Below the pieces are notes generated by a model. It saw only the letters and a program-made list of their open reading frames with translations, made no database searches and had not been told where the DNA came from. The position numbers and the translations under genes were made by a program. Shown piece after piece: positions 33,759 to 42,225 of a DNA stretch of 64,000 nt. The stretch comes from Anaerolineales bacterium. Lineage in GTDB: Bacteria; Chloroflexota; Anaerolineae; Anaerolineales; RBG-16-64-43. Location of the stretch: positions 12,066-76,065 of the forward strand of contig DAOUDU010000203.1 in NCBI GenBank assembly GCA_034430775.1. Direction: 5' to 3'. Numbering within the stretch: the first letter of the stretch is position 1; each line of letters begins with the position of its first letter.

Positions 33759-36560
33759 CTATCGTTTGAAAAACTCATCCACCGAGAAACCCCACTGTGT
33801 GTGAATCGTCCGCGGATCATATTGGTTGGCGCGCAGCCATCGGTGCAACGCGCGGGCCTGTTCTTCGCGGGTAAGATCCTTCCCCGGACGGAATCCCTCG
33901 TCGTCCATGCGCGCTTCACAGATCGGGCACTGCGACACCTGAAACGGATAAGTGATCGGAGTCGGCGGGCGGCTCACCGCCAGACGGAATCCGCAATGGG
34001 CGCAGGGTGTAAACGTTCCCCCTCCTTCCGGGCTTTCCGGCTTTTGAAACACTTCAAGGAAGTCGCGGGGCGGGCTTTCGGTTTTTCGTAAATGCCGGTC
34101 CAATCCCCAGAAGATGATGGAACCAAATATCCCGAGTGCCGCCGCCATCCCGCCCAGCCACGGCAGGAGCGAGCCCCAGGCGTCGTACCGGATTTCCACA
34201 TGGTGCGATCCGGCGGGGAGAGCGATCCGAATTAAATTGTCCCGCACCCCCAAACCGACCTTCACGCCGTCGATAGTCGCGCGCCAGCGGGGATGATACG
34301 TGTAAGAGATGAGCGCCGAGACCGGCCCGGCGGAGGCGTAATCGAAAGCCAGGCCGTCGGCGGATTCGGAATACGCCTGCAGAGGGACGGACGGCCATTC
34401 GAGGGTTGTGGATACCGGAATATCCTGAAGGATGATGGCGCGGATGTACTGGCGCAGAGCGCTCTGGCCTGTCAGCTGTGTGTAATACAGCAGGTTTCCA
34501 CCGATAAACCATACCCTGCCCTGACCAACGTCCTTATACCCGAGGACGGGATAGGAAGCCCCGTCCCGGTCCATTACCGCCACGATGGTATCCAATCCTT
34601 CATACGATGCTCCGGACCATCCTTCCTCGAGCAGGCCGGAGAAATGCAATTGCGCAGGCAGGTTTGCCGACGGGTCGGACCAGCGCAATGTCATCCGGTC
34701 GTCGAAGGCAAGCCGGAATGCGTGCACGCCGAAGAAATCCAATGTGCGCCCGAAGATATCCTCCATTCCGCTTAAGTCCACAACGATTGTCCCGCCGCCG
34801 TTGAGGTAGTTGCGCAGGATATCCTCGGTCTGCTTTACATCCACTGAATCCCCGGCGAACCGGTAGAAACCAAGGATGGGATACTCCGTCAGAGCACCGG
34901 ACTGCTCGCGGATGAACATATCGGGTGACGCTTCTTCGGCGAATGGAAATGCCGTCAGGAAGGGAGCCAGCCCGTCGCCGACGAGAAGCATGTTCTGAGC
35001 CGGGAGTTCCTGCACCCGTGCCGAAGGCGCGATCCTGCGCCAAAGCTCATACCGCCCGATGACTCCCGCCCGGTCGAATCCCATTCCCGATACGGCTTCG
35101 CGTGCCGGGTCCGCTTCGACGCCGCCCGCAATCACCGCCATACGCACATCCCAGCGGGCGAACAACGCCTCCAGATATTCCGGCCCCCACTCCGGCGCGG
35201 AAAGCACCCGGCGCAGGGCGACATGATGCGGCGTATTTTCCAGCGCCCAGCCGTTGATCAGGGGCGAGGCTTTCCCGGCGAAATACACCTCCAGCGAGGT
35301 CGGTTCCGGGTAGGTCAGCAGCGCGACCCGACCGCCGTCCGGCGCGGATACAGCCTCAAGCACGGCCTGCTCCTGCGGGTATCCGCCGCCGGGGATGATC
35401 CGTGCGGCCGGGACCAGCTCCACCGCAACCAGAATCACCAGCAGCAACGACCGGATCCAACGCAGGTTGCGCCCCATCGGGAGCAATCCGGCGGCGGCGA
35501 CGGGAATCGCGAATGCGGAGAAATTGACAAACCGTTCCGGGAGGAGCTGGTTGTTTAGGGGGATGAGATTAAAGAATACCCCGTCGGGGCCGAGGGAGAA
35601 CATGATTGCGAGCAGCCCGGTCAGATACCACGCGCTCCGGTGCGGATCGGGCCGGGCGGCGATCGCGAGCAGCCCGATCAGCAGCGACCCGAAACCGAAC
35701 AGGATCTGCCCGTGCGTGAGATCCAGGTAGGGAAGGAAGCCCTCCAGCGTGGAGGAGAACAACGGGATCTTTTCGGCGGGGAGGAACGGAACGTTAGCCA
35801 GTTCCGCGCGGCTGTATGCCGGGAGAAGCCAGGGCGCGGCGAACAAAGCTCCCAAGACAACGGAGCCCACCCACGGAGCCAATTGGTACAACGGAACTTC
35901 AGGGTCGAGGATCAACCGAAGGATGAGGTAGAAACCGATGCCGATGGCGAAGATCACCGCCTGTTGCGGATGGGACAGAATAGCCCACGTCCAGCACAAG
36001 CCGAGGAGTATTGTGATCGGCGCGCGGCGCGAGTTCGGGACGAGCAGGCGATCTGTCAGCAGTGCGATGGCCGGAAGCGCAAGCAGGCAGAGCATGCGCG
36101 GCAGATTCCCCTCGAAGAAAACCGTGCGCATTTGATACGGCGCGCCGACCGCGAGCACGGTCCCGAGAAAAGCCGCCCAGCGATTCCAGGCCCGGTCCAG
36201 GTAGGCAAAAGTGAGGCCGGAGAAGCCGACCAGGAACAGGGAGATTAAGATACGAAGCGCAATATCGCCATTTTGGGTGAGGTAAACCAGCGGCGCCAGT
36301 ACGAGGGTTGTCAGCGGCGGGTAATACGTGAGGAACGGATCCCCCATATACCAATTCGGCATCCAGGCGGCGCGGAAATAAGCGCCGGCACCTTCCGTGC
36401 CCATGATGCCTGCGAGGTACTCCGCCCGAAACAGATGCCCCCAGGTATCGGCACCGCGCGGCGAACCCGCAGTCCAGACTCCAACCAGCGCGAGAAGGAT
36501 AAAAAAAGCGACCAGGAGGACTGGCAGCACCTGGTCGCGAAAGGCGTGCTGGGGTTTCAC
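33759..36560 (-). CDS. Large polytopic membrane protein (GT-C/YfhO-like by architecture) with a C-terminal zinc ribbon
   Basis: 933 aa with a GTG start 1 nt after the GT2 stop. More than 12 N-terminal TM helices, a large extracytoplasmic middle and one late TM helix, then CAHCGFRL...CPICEARM. The family call is by architecture only. Confidence 0.55.
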   Translation of the reverse strand: MKPQHAFRDQVLPVLLVAFFILLALVGVWTAGSPRGADTWGHLFRAEYLAGIMGTEGAGAYFRAAWMPNWYMGDPFLTYYPPLTTLVLAPLVYLTQNGDIALRILISLFLVGFSGLTFAYLDRAWNRWAAFLGTVLAVGAPYQMRTVFFEGNLPRMLCLLALPAIALLTDRLLVPNSRRAPITILLGLCWTWAILSHPQQAVIFAIGIGFYLILRLILDPEVPLYQLAPWVGSVVLGALFAAPWLLPAYSRAELANVPFLPAEKIPLFSSTLEGFLPYLDLTHGQILFGFGSLLIGLLAIAARPDPHRSAWYLTGLLAIMFSLGPDGVFFNLIPLNNQLLPERFVNFSAFAIPVAAAGLLPMGRNLRWIRSLLLVILVAVELVPAARIIPGGGYPQEQAVLEAVSAPDGGRVALLTYPEPTSLEVYFAGKASPLINGWALENTPHHVALRRVLSAPEWGPEYLEALFARWDVRMAVIAGGVEADPAREAVSGMGFDRAGVIGRYELWRRIAPSARVQELPAQNMLLVGDGLAPFLTAFPFAEEASPDMFIREQSGALTEYPILGFYRFAGDSVDVKQTEDILRNYLNGGGTIVVDLSGMEDIFGRTLDFFGVHAFRLAFDDRMTLRWSDPSANLPAQLHFSGLLEEGWSGASYEGLDTIVAVMDRDGASYPVLGYKDVGQGRVWFIGGNLLYYTQLTGQSALRQYIRAIILQDIPVSTTLEWPSVPLQAYSESADGLAFDYASAGPVSALISYTYHPRWRATIDGVKVGLGVRDNLIRIALPAGSHHVEIRYDAWGSLLPWLGGMAAALGIFGSIIFWGLDRHLRKTESPPRDFLEVFQKPESPEGGGTFTPCAHCGFRLAVSRPPTPITYPFQVSQCPICEARMDDEGFRPGKDLTREEQARALHRWLRANQYDPRTIHTQWGFSVDEFFKR

Positions 36561-36561
36561 G

Positions 36562-38010
36562 TCAGCCCGCCCAAAACTCCATAAAATTCCGCAGCCATCC
36601 GTTTACTTTCCCTTCTCCGGGCAACCGCAACTTGTCCATCCATCCCGCGGAAGCCGTCCAGCGCGGCGGTTCGGTGAGAGTCTTCAGGTTTCCACTCATC
36701 CGGAAAAAGTATACTACCATCCGGTAGAGGGGCAGTAGCGGAAGAAAGACCAGCGAATTGCGCAGGATGCGGCGTTCACTGGGAGCGCAGATGCTCCACG
36801 CCGCCGCGATCTGTGCGGCATCGGCCAGAATGTACAATCCGTAGATGAGCGCCATCGCCTGAACCACCATTGCCAGACTGTATCCGAGCAGCGGGAACAT
36901 CGGCAGCAGGAAGATCCAGATCAGCCGCAGGAATCCCATCGTGTGGTCACGCTGCAGACGGCGCGGGAGTCCGCGCTGCCAGATTCGTTTCTTGCTGCCG
37001 AACATGTCATAATGCACGGCCAGCGCCTCCAGTTCCCCGCGCTGCCAACGCACCCGCTGGGCGAATAACGCCCGCCAGCTTTCGGTGGGCGCAAGGTGAA
37101 TGCGCACCTGCGGCAGGTATGTCACCCGCCCCGGAAAGCGCTGAAGGGTGAGGGTGGCGTCGGTATCCTCCGAGACGGTCCGGCCGCGGTACCCGTGGAT
37201 CGCCTGCAGGGCGCCGCGGCGGTAGATCGCGCAGGCGCCCGAAAGGGTGAACAACTCGTTGCGCAGGGCTTCCGCGTGGCGGCCGATTCGGAAGGATTGG
37301 AAATATTCGATGAACTGGGCCGTGGCGAGGAAATTTTCCATCACGCTCAACTTCATCGGGACCGGCATATCGTCCCGGTCGAGGTGGATGTGCCCGTCCC
37401 CGTCGTTCTCCACCAGCAGGTCGCGGTCGATGATCAGGTGGGCCGTGGCCGCCACCAGGTCCGGATCGCGCTGGAAGGCGATCACCGCCTGCTGGATCGC
37501 CTCGGGTTCGAGGACGGCGTCGGAATCGATGGTGAAGATCAGATCGCCGCGGCAGTGCTGCAGCCCGGTGTTGACCGCGGCGGGTTTTCCCTTATGGTCG
37601 CCATGCAGGAGCGTCATGACGCCGCCGAATTCGAGCGCGGGGATGACGCGGTTATACAGCCGGATGTGCCCGTTCCAGTGCGGTGAACCGTTGATATGGC
37701 CGTTGACCACTTCCTCGGTCCGGTCGGTGGATCCGTCATTGACGATGAGGATTTCTATCTTCTCGTGCGGGTAGGTCTGGGCTTTAAGCGAGGTGATACA
37801 GCGGTCGATGTTGAGCTGCTCGTTATGGGCCGGGATGATGATCGAGATTTTCGGCAGGGGGGGTTTTAACAGCGGCGGGAACAGCTTGGCGAGCCGGCCG
37901 TTGCGCCATACAAGCAGTGCGTCCCACAACGCCTGGCCGATATCCGCCGCCAGCGGAATAAGGATCCACACTCCCCACAGAATCAGAAAATCCACACCGT
38001 ACGAACCCAT
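36562..38010 (-). CDS. Processive family-2 glycosyltransferase (polysaccharide synthase-like)
   Basis: Start at ATG 38010 (MGSYGV). ISIIIPAHNE, NDGSTDRT, DSDAVLEP, SEDTDATL and QRVRWQRG (QxxRW), flanked by TM helices. Confidence 0.85.
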   Translation of the reverse strand: MGSYGVDFLILWGVWILIPLAADIGQALWDALLVWRNGRLAKLFPPLLKPPLPKISIIIPAHNEQLNIDRCITSLKAQTYPHEKIEILIVNDGSTDRTEEVVNGHINGSPHWNGHIRLYNRVIPALEFGGVMTLLHGDHKGKPAAVNTGLQHCRGDLIFTIDSDAVLEPEAIQQAVIAFQRDPDLVAATAHLIIDRDLLVENDGDGHIHLDRDDMPVPMKLSVMENFLATAQFIEYFQSFRIGRHAEALRNELFTLSGACAIYRRGALQAIHGYRGRTVSEDTDATLTLQRFPGRVTYLPQVRIHLAPTESWRALFAQRVRWQRGELEALAVHYDMFGSKKRIWQRGLPRRLQRDHTMGFLRLIWIFLLPMFPLLGYSLAMVVQAMALIYGLYILADAAQIAAAWSICAPSERRILRNSLVFLPLLPLYRMVVYFFRMSGNLKTLTEPPRWTASAGWMDKLRLPGEGKVNGWLRNFMEFWAG

Positions 38011-38024
38011 TCGCAGCCTCGAAT

Positions 38025-38627
38025 CTACAATGCCGTCCGCCGGGTCACTTCCAGTTCCCGGCGAATCATGGTGAGCGTCGGCAGGGTCAGCATCCGCCAA
38101 TAGAGGTAGAGTACGCCGACGAAGAAGACCAGCCGTCCGACAATCGCATGCGCCCACGGTACGATCGGTTTGCCGAAGGTCGCGACCATCACGATGATGA
38201 CCGCCAGCCGGACGAGATTGATCAGGATGGTGGCCGCCACGCCGACGGCCATCCGCCCCAGCCGTTCGTGCGCCGGAAGGCGCGGGTAAAAAAGCATCAG
38301 TCCGGCGAAGATCGCGATCTCGATCAGCGCCGAGCATTCGATCCCGACCCGCAGGATCGACCAGCCCGTCGGATCGGGCACGACCAGGCCGCCGCCTTGC
38401 ACCATTTGCAGCGGGCCGCCGAAGAGCTGGCTGATCAGTACCAGGAACCAGACCTGCAGGGTTCCCAGCGGCTCATTCCACTGTCCAAGCTGGCCGGCGA
38501 AAATGATGATCGTCGCCAGGCCGAATGCGCCCCAGAGATAGCCGGTCAGGCCTTTGTGCGCTTTACGCAGGAGAAGTAACCCGGCCAGATAGACCGCGGA
38601 GAAGATGGACAATGCCAGCGGACTCAC
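38025..38627 (-). CDS. Exosortase/archaeosortase-family protein (small, about 200 aa)
   Basis: GTG start overlaps the upstream stop (GTGA). Polytopic. Cys in GIECSALIE, Arg 42 residues later in INLVRL and His 20 residues later in WAHAIVGR, the ordered Cys/Arg/His of this family. Confidence 0.7.
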   Translation of the reverse strand: MSPLALSIFSAVYLAGLLLLRKAHKGLTGYLWGAFGLATIIIFAGQLGQWNEPLGTLQVWFLVLISQLFGGPLQMVQGGGLVVPDPTGWSILRVGIECSALIEIAIFAGLMLFYPRLPAHERLGRMAVGVAATILINLVRLAVIIVMVATFGKPIVPWAHAIVGRLVFFVGVLYLYWRMLTLPTLTMIRRELEVTRRTAL

Positions 38628-39121
38628 CCGCGGATCCTTTCCAGCACAGGTTCGAATGCCTTGCGCCGGCGCCAAAATCCGAAAAGAAGCACCCCCACCA
38701 TCACAACCGTCAATCCCCAGCCCAGGGTGGGGACGAAATGCACCGTGGTCGTTCTCGGACCGGCGATGTTGCAGTTTTGAGCGTTGCCTGTGCTCCAGCA
38801 GATGCTGATGGTGTAATCCCCTTCGGGCCAGTCGGTATTGACCGTTTCCCACTGGTCGTTGCGGGTTTCATACGCACTCATAGGGGACTGGCTGGTGGTG
38901 TGGGTGGCATATACCGTGCCTCCCAGCGCAATCGTGTAGTACAAATTGGACGGGCCGATTTTCGAGTCGGTATAAATCGTCGATTGGACGGTTACCGGAG
39001 TGTTTGGTGCCCAGCCCCCCCAGGCATTTAATGTAAAGATGCTTCCCGCGGCCAGAACCCTGCCCGGGAAAGCTGCAGCTGATATGGAGAGAAGCAAGGC
39101 AAATGAAATTATTTTTCGCAT
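38624..39121 (-). CDS. Small secreted protein with a C-terminal sorting-signal-like tail (VPTLGWG, TM, RRRK)
   Basis: Signal peptide MRKIISFALLLSISAAAFPGRVLAAG. About 110-aa Thr/Ser/Asn-rich beta domain. The tail is FVPTLGWGLTVVMVGVLLFGFWRRRKAFEPVLERIRG. Confidence 0.6.
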   Translation of the reverse strand: MRKIISFALLLSISAAAFPGRVLAAGSIFTLNAWGGWAPNTPVTVQSTIYTDSKIGPSNLYYTIALGGTVYATHTTSQSPMSAYETRNDQWETVNTDWPEGDYTISICWSTGNAQNCNIAGPRTTTVHFVPTLGWGLTVVMVGVLLFGFWRRRKAFEPVLERIRG

Positions 39122-39334
39122 TCTTTTCCGGATATGGACTTGATGAATCTCTCAACCATCCGCAGGGAAAATACAGGCTGGGAAGCAGAGTCAAGTCTCT
39201 TCCTTTAGGTTGATTCTAGCGGCGGAGGCCATAAAACCCCGTAATATTTGCATAAGTATAAATGTTCTAATTCAAAAAACTATCAAATCCTATCTTAAGG
39301 ATACCTAAAAACCCTATCCGAACCCTGATAGACA

Positions 39335-40648
39335 ATGAAAGAAGAAGGTAATTATCCTTTATCAGCCATGACCGGATCTTCACGAATCCCAGGATTCCAT
39401 AAAAAAACGATTAAGGAACGCCGGCAGGCGCTCATCGACGGCGGCTGGCTGGATTCGTCGAGTGCGCCAATCCTGGACCGCGGCGGGATCGATCCCGAAC
39501 TCGCCGACCGGATGATCGAAAATGTCGTCGGAATATTTTCGTTTCCCCTGGGGATCGCCACCAACTTCCTGATCAACGGACGCGAGGTCCTGGTCCCGAT
39601 GGTGGTGGAAGAGCCTTCGGTTGTGGCGGGGGCATCCTTCATGGCCCGGCTGGTCCGGGAGGGCGGCGGATTTTCCGCCGAGGCCGACGAACCGGAAATG
39701 ATCGGACAGATTCAAATCCTGGATTTACCGGATTTGCCGGCGGCGGAAAAGGCGCTGCTCGCGCAAAAGGTTGAAATCCTGGCCGAGGCCGGGGAGGCCG
39801 ATCCGGTCCTGGCGCGGGCGGGGGGCGGGCCCCGGGATCTAAAAGTCCGCAAAATCGATTCCCCGCTGATCGGGTCCTTCCTCGTCCTGCATCTGATTCT
39901 TGACGTGCGGGATGCCATGGGCGCCAACGCGGTCAACACTGCCTGTGAGCGGATCGCGCCGCGCATCGAGCGGATCACCGGCGGGCGGGTCCGGTTGCGG
40001 ATCCTTTCGAATTTGGCGGACCGGCGGCTGGCACGCGCGCGGTGTTCCGTGCCGGTCCATGCGCTGGCCTTCGAAGGCTGGAGCGGCGACGCCGTGCGGG
40101 ATGGGATCCTCGAAGCATACGCATTCGCCGCGGCAGATCCGCACCGCGCGGCGACGCACAACAAGGGAATCATGAACGGGGTGGACGCGGTGGTCCTCGC
40201 CACCGGCAACGATTGGCGGGCGGTGGAGGCCGGGGCGCACGCATTTGCCGCGCGCAACGGAACGTACACCTCGCTTTCGAAATGGAAACAGGACGGTGTG
40301 GGGAACTTGGCGGGCTTTTTGGAACTCCCCATGGCGGCGGGAATCATCGGCGGCGCCACGCGGGTGCACCCGGCCGCCCGGGCGGCACTAAAAATTCTCG
40401 GTGTGCATACCGCGCGCGAACTGGCCGAAGTAATCGTCTCGGTCGGGCTGGCGCAGAATTTGGCGGCGCTTCGCGCGCTGGCCACCGAAGGGATCCAGCA
40501 GGGACATATGCGCCTGCATGCGCGCCAGATGGCAATCGCCGCCGGTGCCAGCGGGGAGGCGGTGGATCAGATCGCCGGGCGGATGGTGGCGGAGAAAGCG
40601 GTTCGCACCGACCGTGCGGAAGAATTGGTCAATCGGTTGCGGAAGTGA
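39335..40648 (+). CDS. Class II HMG-CoA reductase
   Basis: [49 protein letters not shown] and the length (437 aa) are typical of class II enzymes. Confidence 0.92.
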   Translation: MKEEGNYPLSAMTGSSRIPGFHKKTIKERRQALIDGGWLDSSSAPILDRGGIDPELADRMIENVVGIFSFPLGIATNFLINGREVLVPMVVEEPSVVAGASFMARLVREGGGFSAEADEPEMIGQIQILDLPDLPAAEKALLAQKVEILAEAGEADPVLARAGGGPRDLKVRKIDSPLIGSFLVLHLILDVRDAMGANAVNTACERIAPRIERITGGRVRLRILSNLADRRLARARCSVPVHALAFEGWSGDAVRDGILEAYAFAAADPHRAATHNKGIMNGVDAVVLATGNDWRAVEAGAHAFAARNGTYTSLSKWKQDGVGNLAGFLELPMAAGIIGGATRVHPAARAALKILGVHTARELAEVIVSVGLAQNLAALRALATEGIQQGHMRLHARQMAIAAGASGEAVDQIAGRMVAEKAVRTDRAEELVNRLRK

Positions 40649-40652
40649 CGGA

Positions 40653-41747
40653 ATGACGGACATTACCCCAACGGAGAAAACTCCTCGTATCGGAGCCCCG
40701 ATTATGCGGCCGGCGCGCAGCGCAGGTATCATCGGTTACGGCGCCTACGTCCCGCGCTTCCGACTGCCCGGCAAGGAAATTTCCCGCGTCTGGACCGAGG
40801 GCAATACGCCGCCGCCCGTCGCCGAAAAATCGGTTCCGGGGCTGGACGAGGACGTCATCACCATGGCGATCGAGGCGGCGCGCAACGCGCTGGCCCGGGC
40901 CGGGACGGCCCCGGCCGAAATCAGGGCGGTGTGGGTCGGATCGGAATCCCATCCGTATGCGGTGAAGCCTTCCTCCTCCGTCGTCGGCGAGGCCATCGGC
41001 GCTTCTCCCAACCTCCTGGCGGCGGATTGGGAATTCGCCTGTAAGGCCGGAAGCGAAGCAATGCAGGCCGCGATCGGCATGGTCGGATCCGGCATGATCC
41101 GTTACGCGCTCGCCATCGGAATGGACACGGCCCAGGGCCGGCCGGGCGACGCGCTGGAATACACCGCCGGCGCGGGCGGCGGGGCGTTCCTGATCGGACC
41201 GGCGGAGGACGCGCTGGCCGTGATCGAAGCCTCATATTCCTACGCAACCGACACGCCGGATTTCTGGCGGCGTGATCATGCGCAGTATCCGTCGCACGGC
41301 CAGCGCTTCACGGGCGAACCCGCCTACTTCCGGCATGTGACGCACGCCGCGCGGGCGCTGCTCGAAGGCACCGGCGCCCAGCCCGCGGATTTCCGCTTCG
41401 CCGTATTCCACCAGCCCAACCCGAAGTTCCCGCAGCGGGCGGCGGCGATGCTCGGTTTTACGAAGGAACAAATTCAGGCGGGCATGCTCTCGCCGCAGAT
41501 CGGGAACACCTATGCCGGCTCGGCGCTGATCGGCTTGACGGCTGTGCTCGACCAGGCCGCACCCGGAGACCGCATCCTGGTGGTGTCGTTCGGATCGGGC
41601 GCGGGTTCGGATGCGTTCCAGCTCACCGCCACGGAAAAGCTGCTGGAGCGGCGGTTGCGTGCCCCGCGCACCACCGATTACATTTCGCGCCGCAAGGAAA
41701 TCGATTACGGCGTATATGCACGCTTCCGGGGAAAACTGAAAATGTAA
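40653..41747 (+). CDS. HMG-CoA synthase, short archaeal-type
   Basis: [14 protein letters not shown]. Catalytic Cys context [13 protein letters not shown], plus [10 protein letters not shown] and [12 protein letters not shown]. Confidence 0.85.
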   Translation: MTDITPTEKTPRIGAPIMRPARSAGIIGYGAYVPRFRLPGKEISRVWTEGNTPPPVAEKSVPGLDEDVITMAIEAARNALARAGTAPAEIRAVWVGSESHPYAVKPSSSVVGEAIGASPNLLAADWEFACKAGSEAMQAAIGMVGSGMIRYALAIGMDTAQGRPGDALEYTAGAGGGAFLIGPAEDALAVIEASYSYATDTPDFWRRDHAQYPSHGQRFTGEPAYFRHVTHAARALLEGTGAQPADFRFAVFHQPNPKFPQRAAAMLGFTKEQIQAGMLSPQIGNTYAGSALIGLTAVLDQAAPGDRILVVSFGSGAGSDAFQLTATEKLLERRLRAPRTTDYISRRKEIDYGVYARFRGKLKM

Positions 41748-41801
41748 CCCCTCCCTAACCCTCCCCAAATCCCTCTGGGATTTGGGGAGGGAAGGGTGGG
41801 G
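41748..41801. repeat. C-tract/G-tract hairpin (family 2) between the HMGCS and DUF35 genes
   Basis: CCCCTCCCTAACCCTCCCCAAATCCC TCTG GGATTTGGGGAGGGAAGGGTGGGG. Confidence 0.6.
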
Positions 41802-41819
41802 TACGAAAGGAGTCGAAAC

Positions 41820-42221
41820 ATGGATATCACCAGACATTGGAGGTTGCGCCGGCAGCGTTACGCGCTCGAAGGCGAACGATGCGTTCACTGCCGGGAATAC
41901 ATCTTCCCGCCGCGGGATATCTGCCCGCATTGCGGCGAGGAAGCGGGCCCGTTGCATACCATGAGCGGCCAGGGCGAAGTGTATTCCTTCACCGTCGTCC
42001 ATGACCCACCGACCGGGTATGAAGCCCAGGCGCCGTACGCCGTCGCGCTGGTGAAGCTCGCGGAAGGGCCGCTGATCACCGCCCAGCTGACCGATGTCGA
42101 CGCCGCCGATATAAAAATCGGCATGCCGGTGGAGATGGTCACGCGCCGCCTGCGGACCGACGGGCCGGAAGGCGTGATTCAGTACGGCTACAAATTCCGT
42201 CCGCACCTTGCCGTTTCCTGA
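41820..42221 (+). CDS. DUF35 zinc-ribbon/OB-fold protein (thiolase-HMGCS scaffold type)
   Basis: CVHCREYIFPPRDICPHCG zinc ribbon followed by an OB-fold-like segment (VYSFTVVH...ALVKLAEGPLITAQL). AAAGGAG RBS. Confidence 0.8.
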   Translation: MDITRHWRLRRQRYALEGERCVHCREYIFPPRDICPHCGEEAGPLHTMSGQGEVYSFTVVHDPPTGYEAQAPYAVALVKLAEGPLITAQLTDVDAADIKIGMPVEMVTRRLRTDGPEGVIQYGYKFRPHLAVS

Positions 42222-42225
42222 TCCC

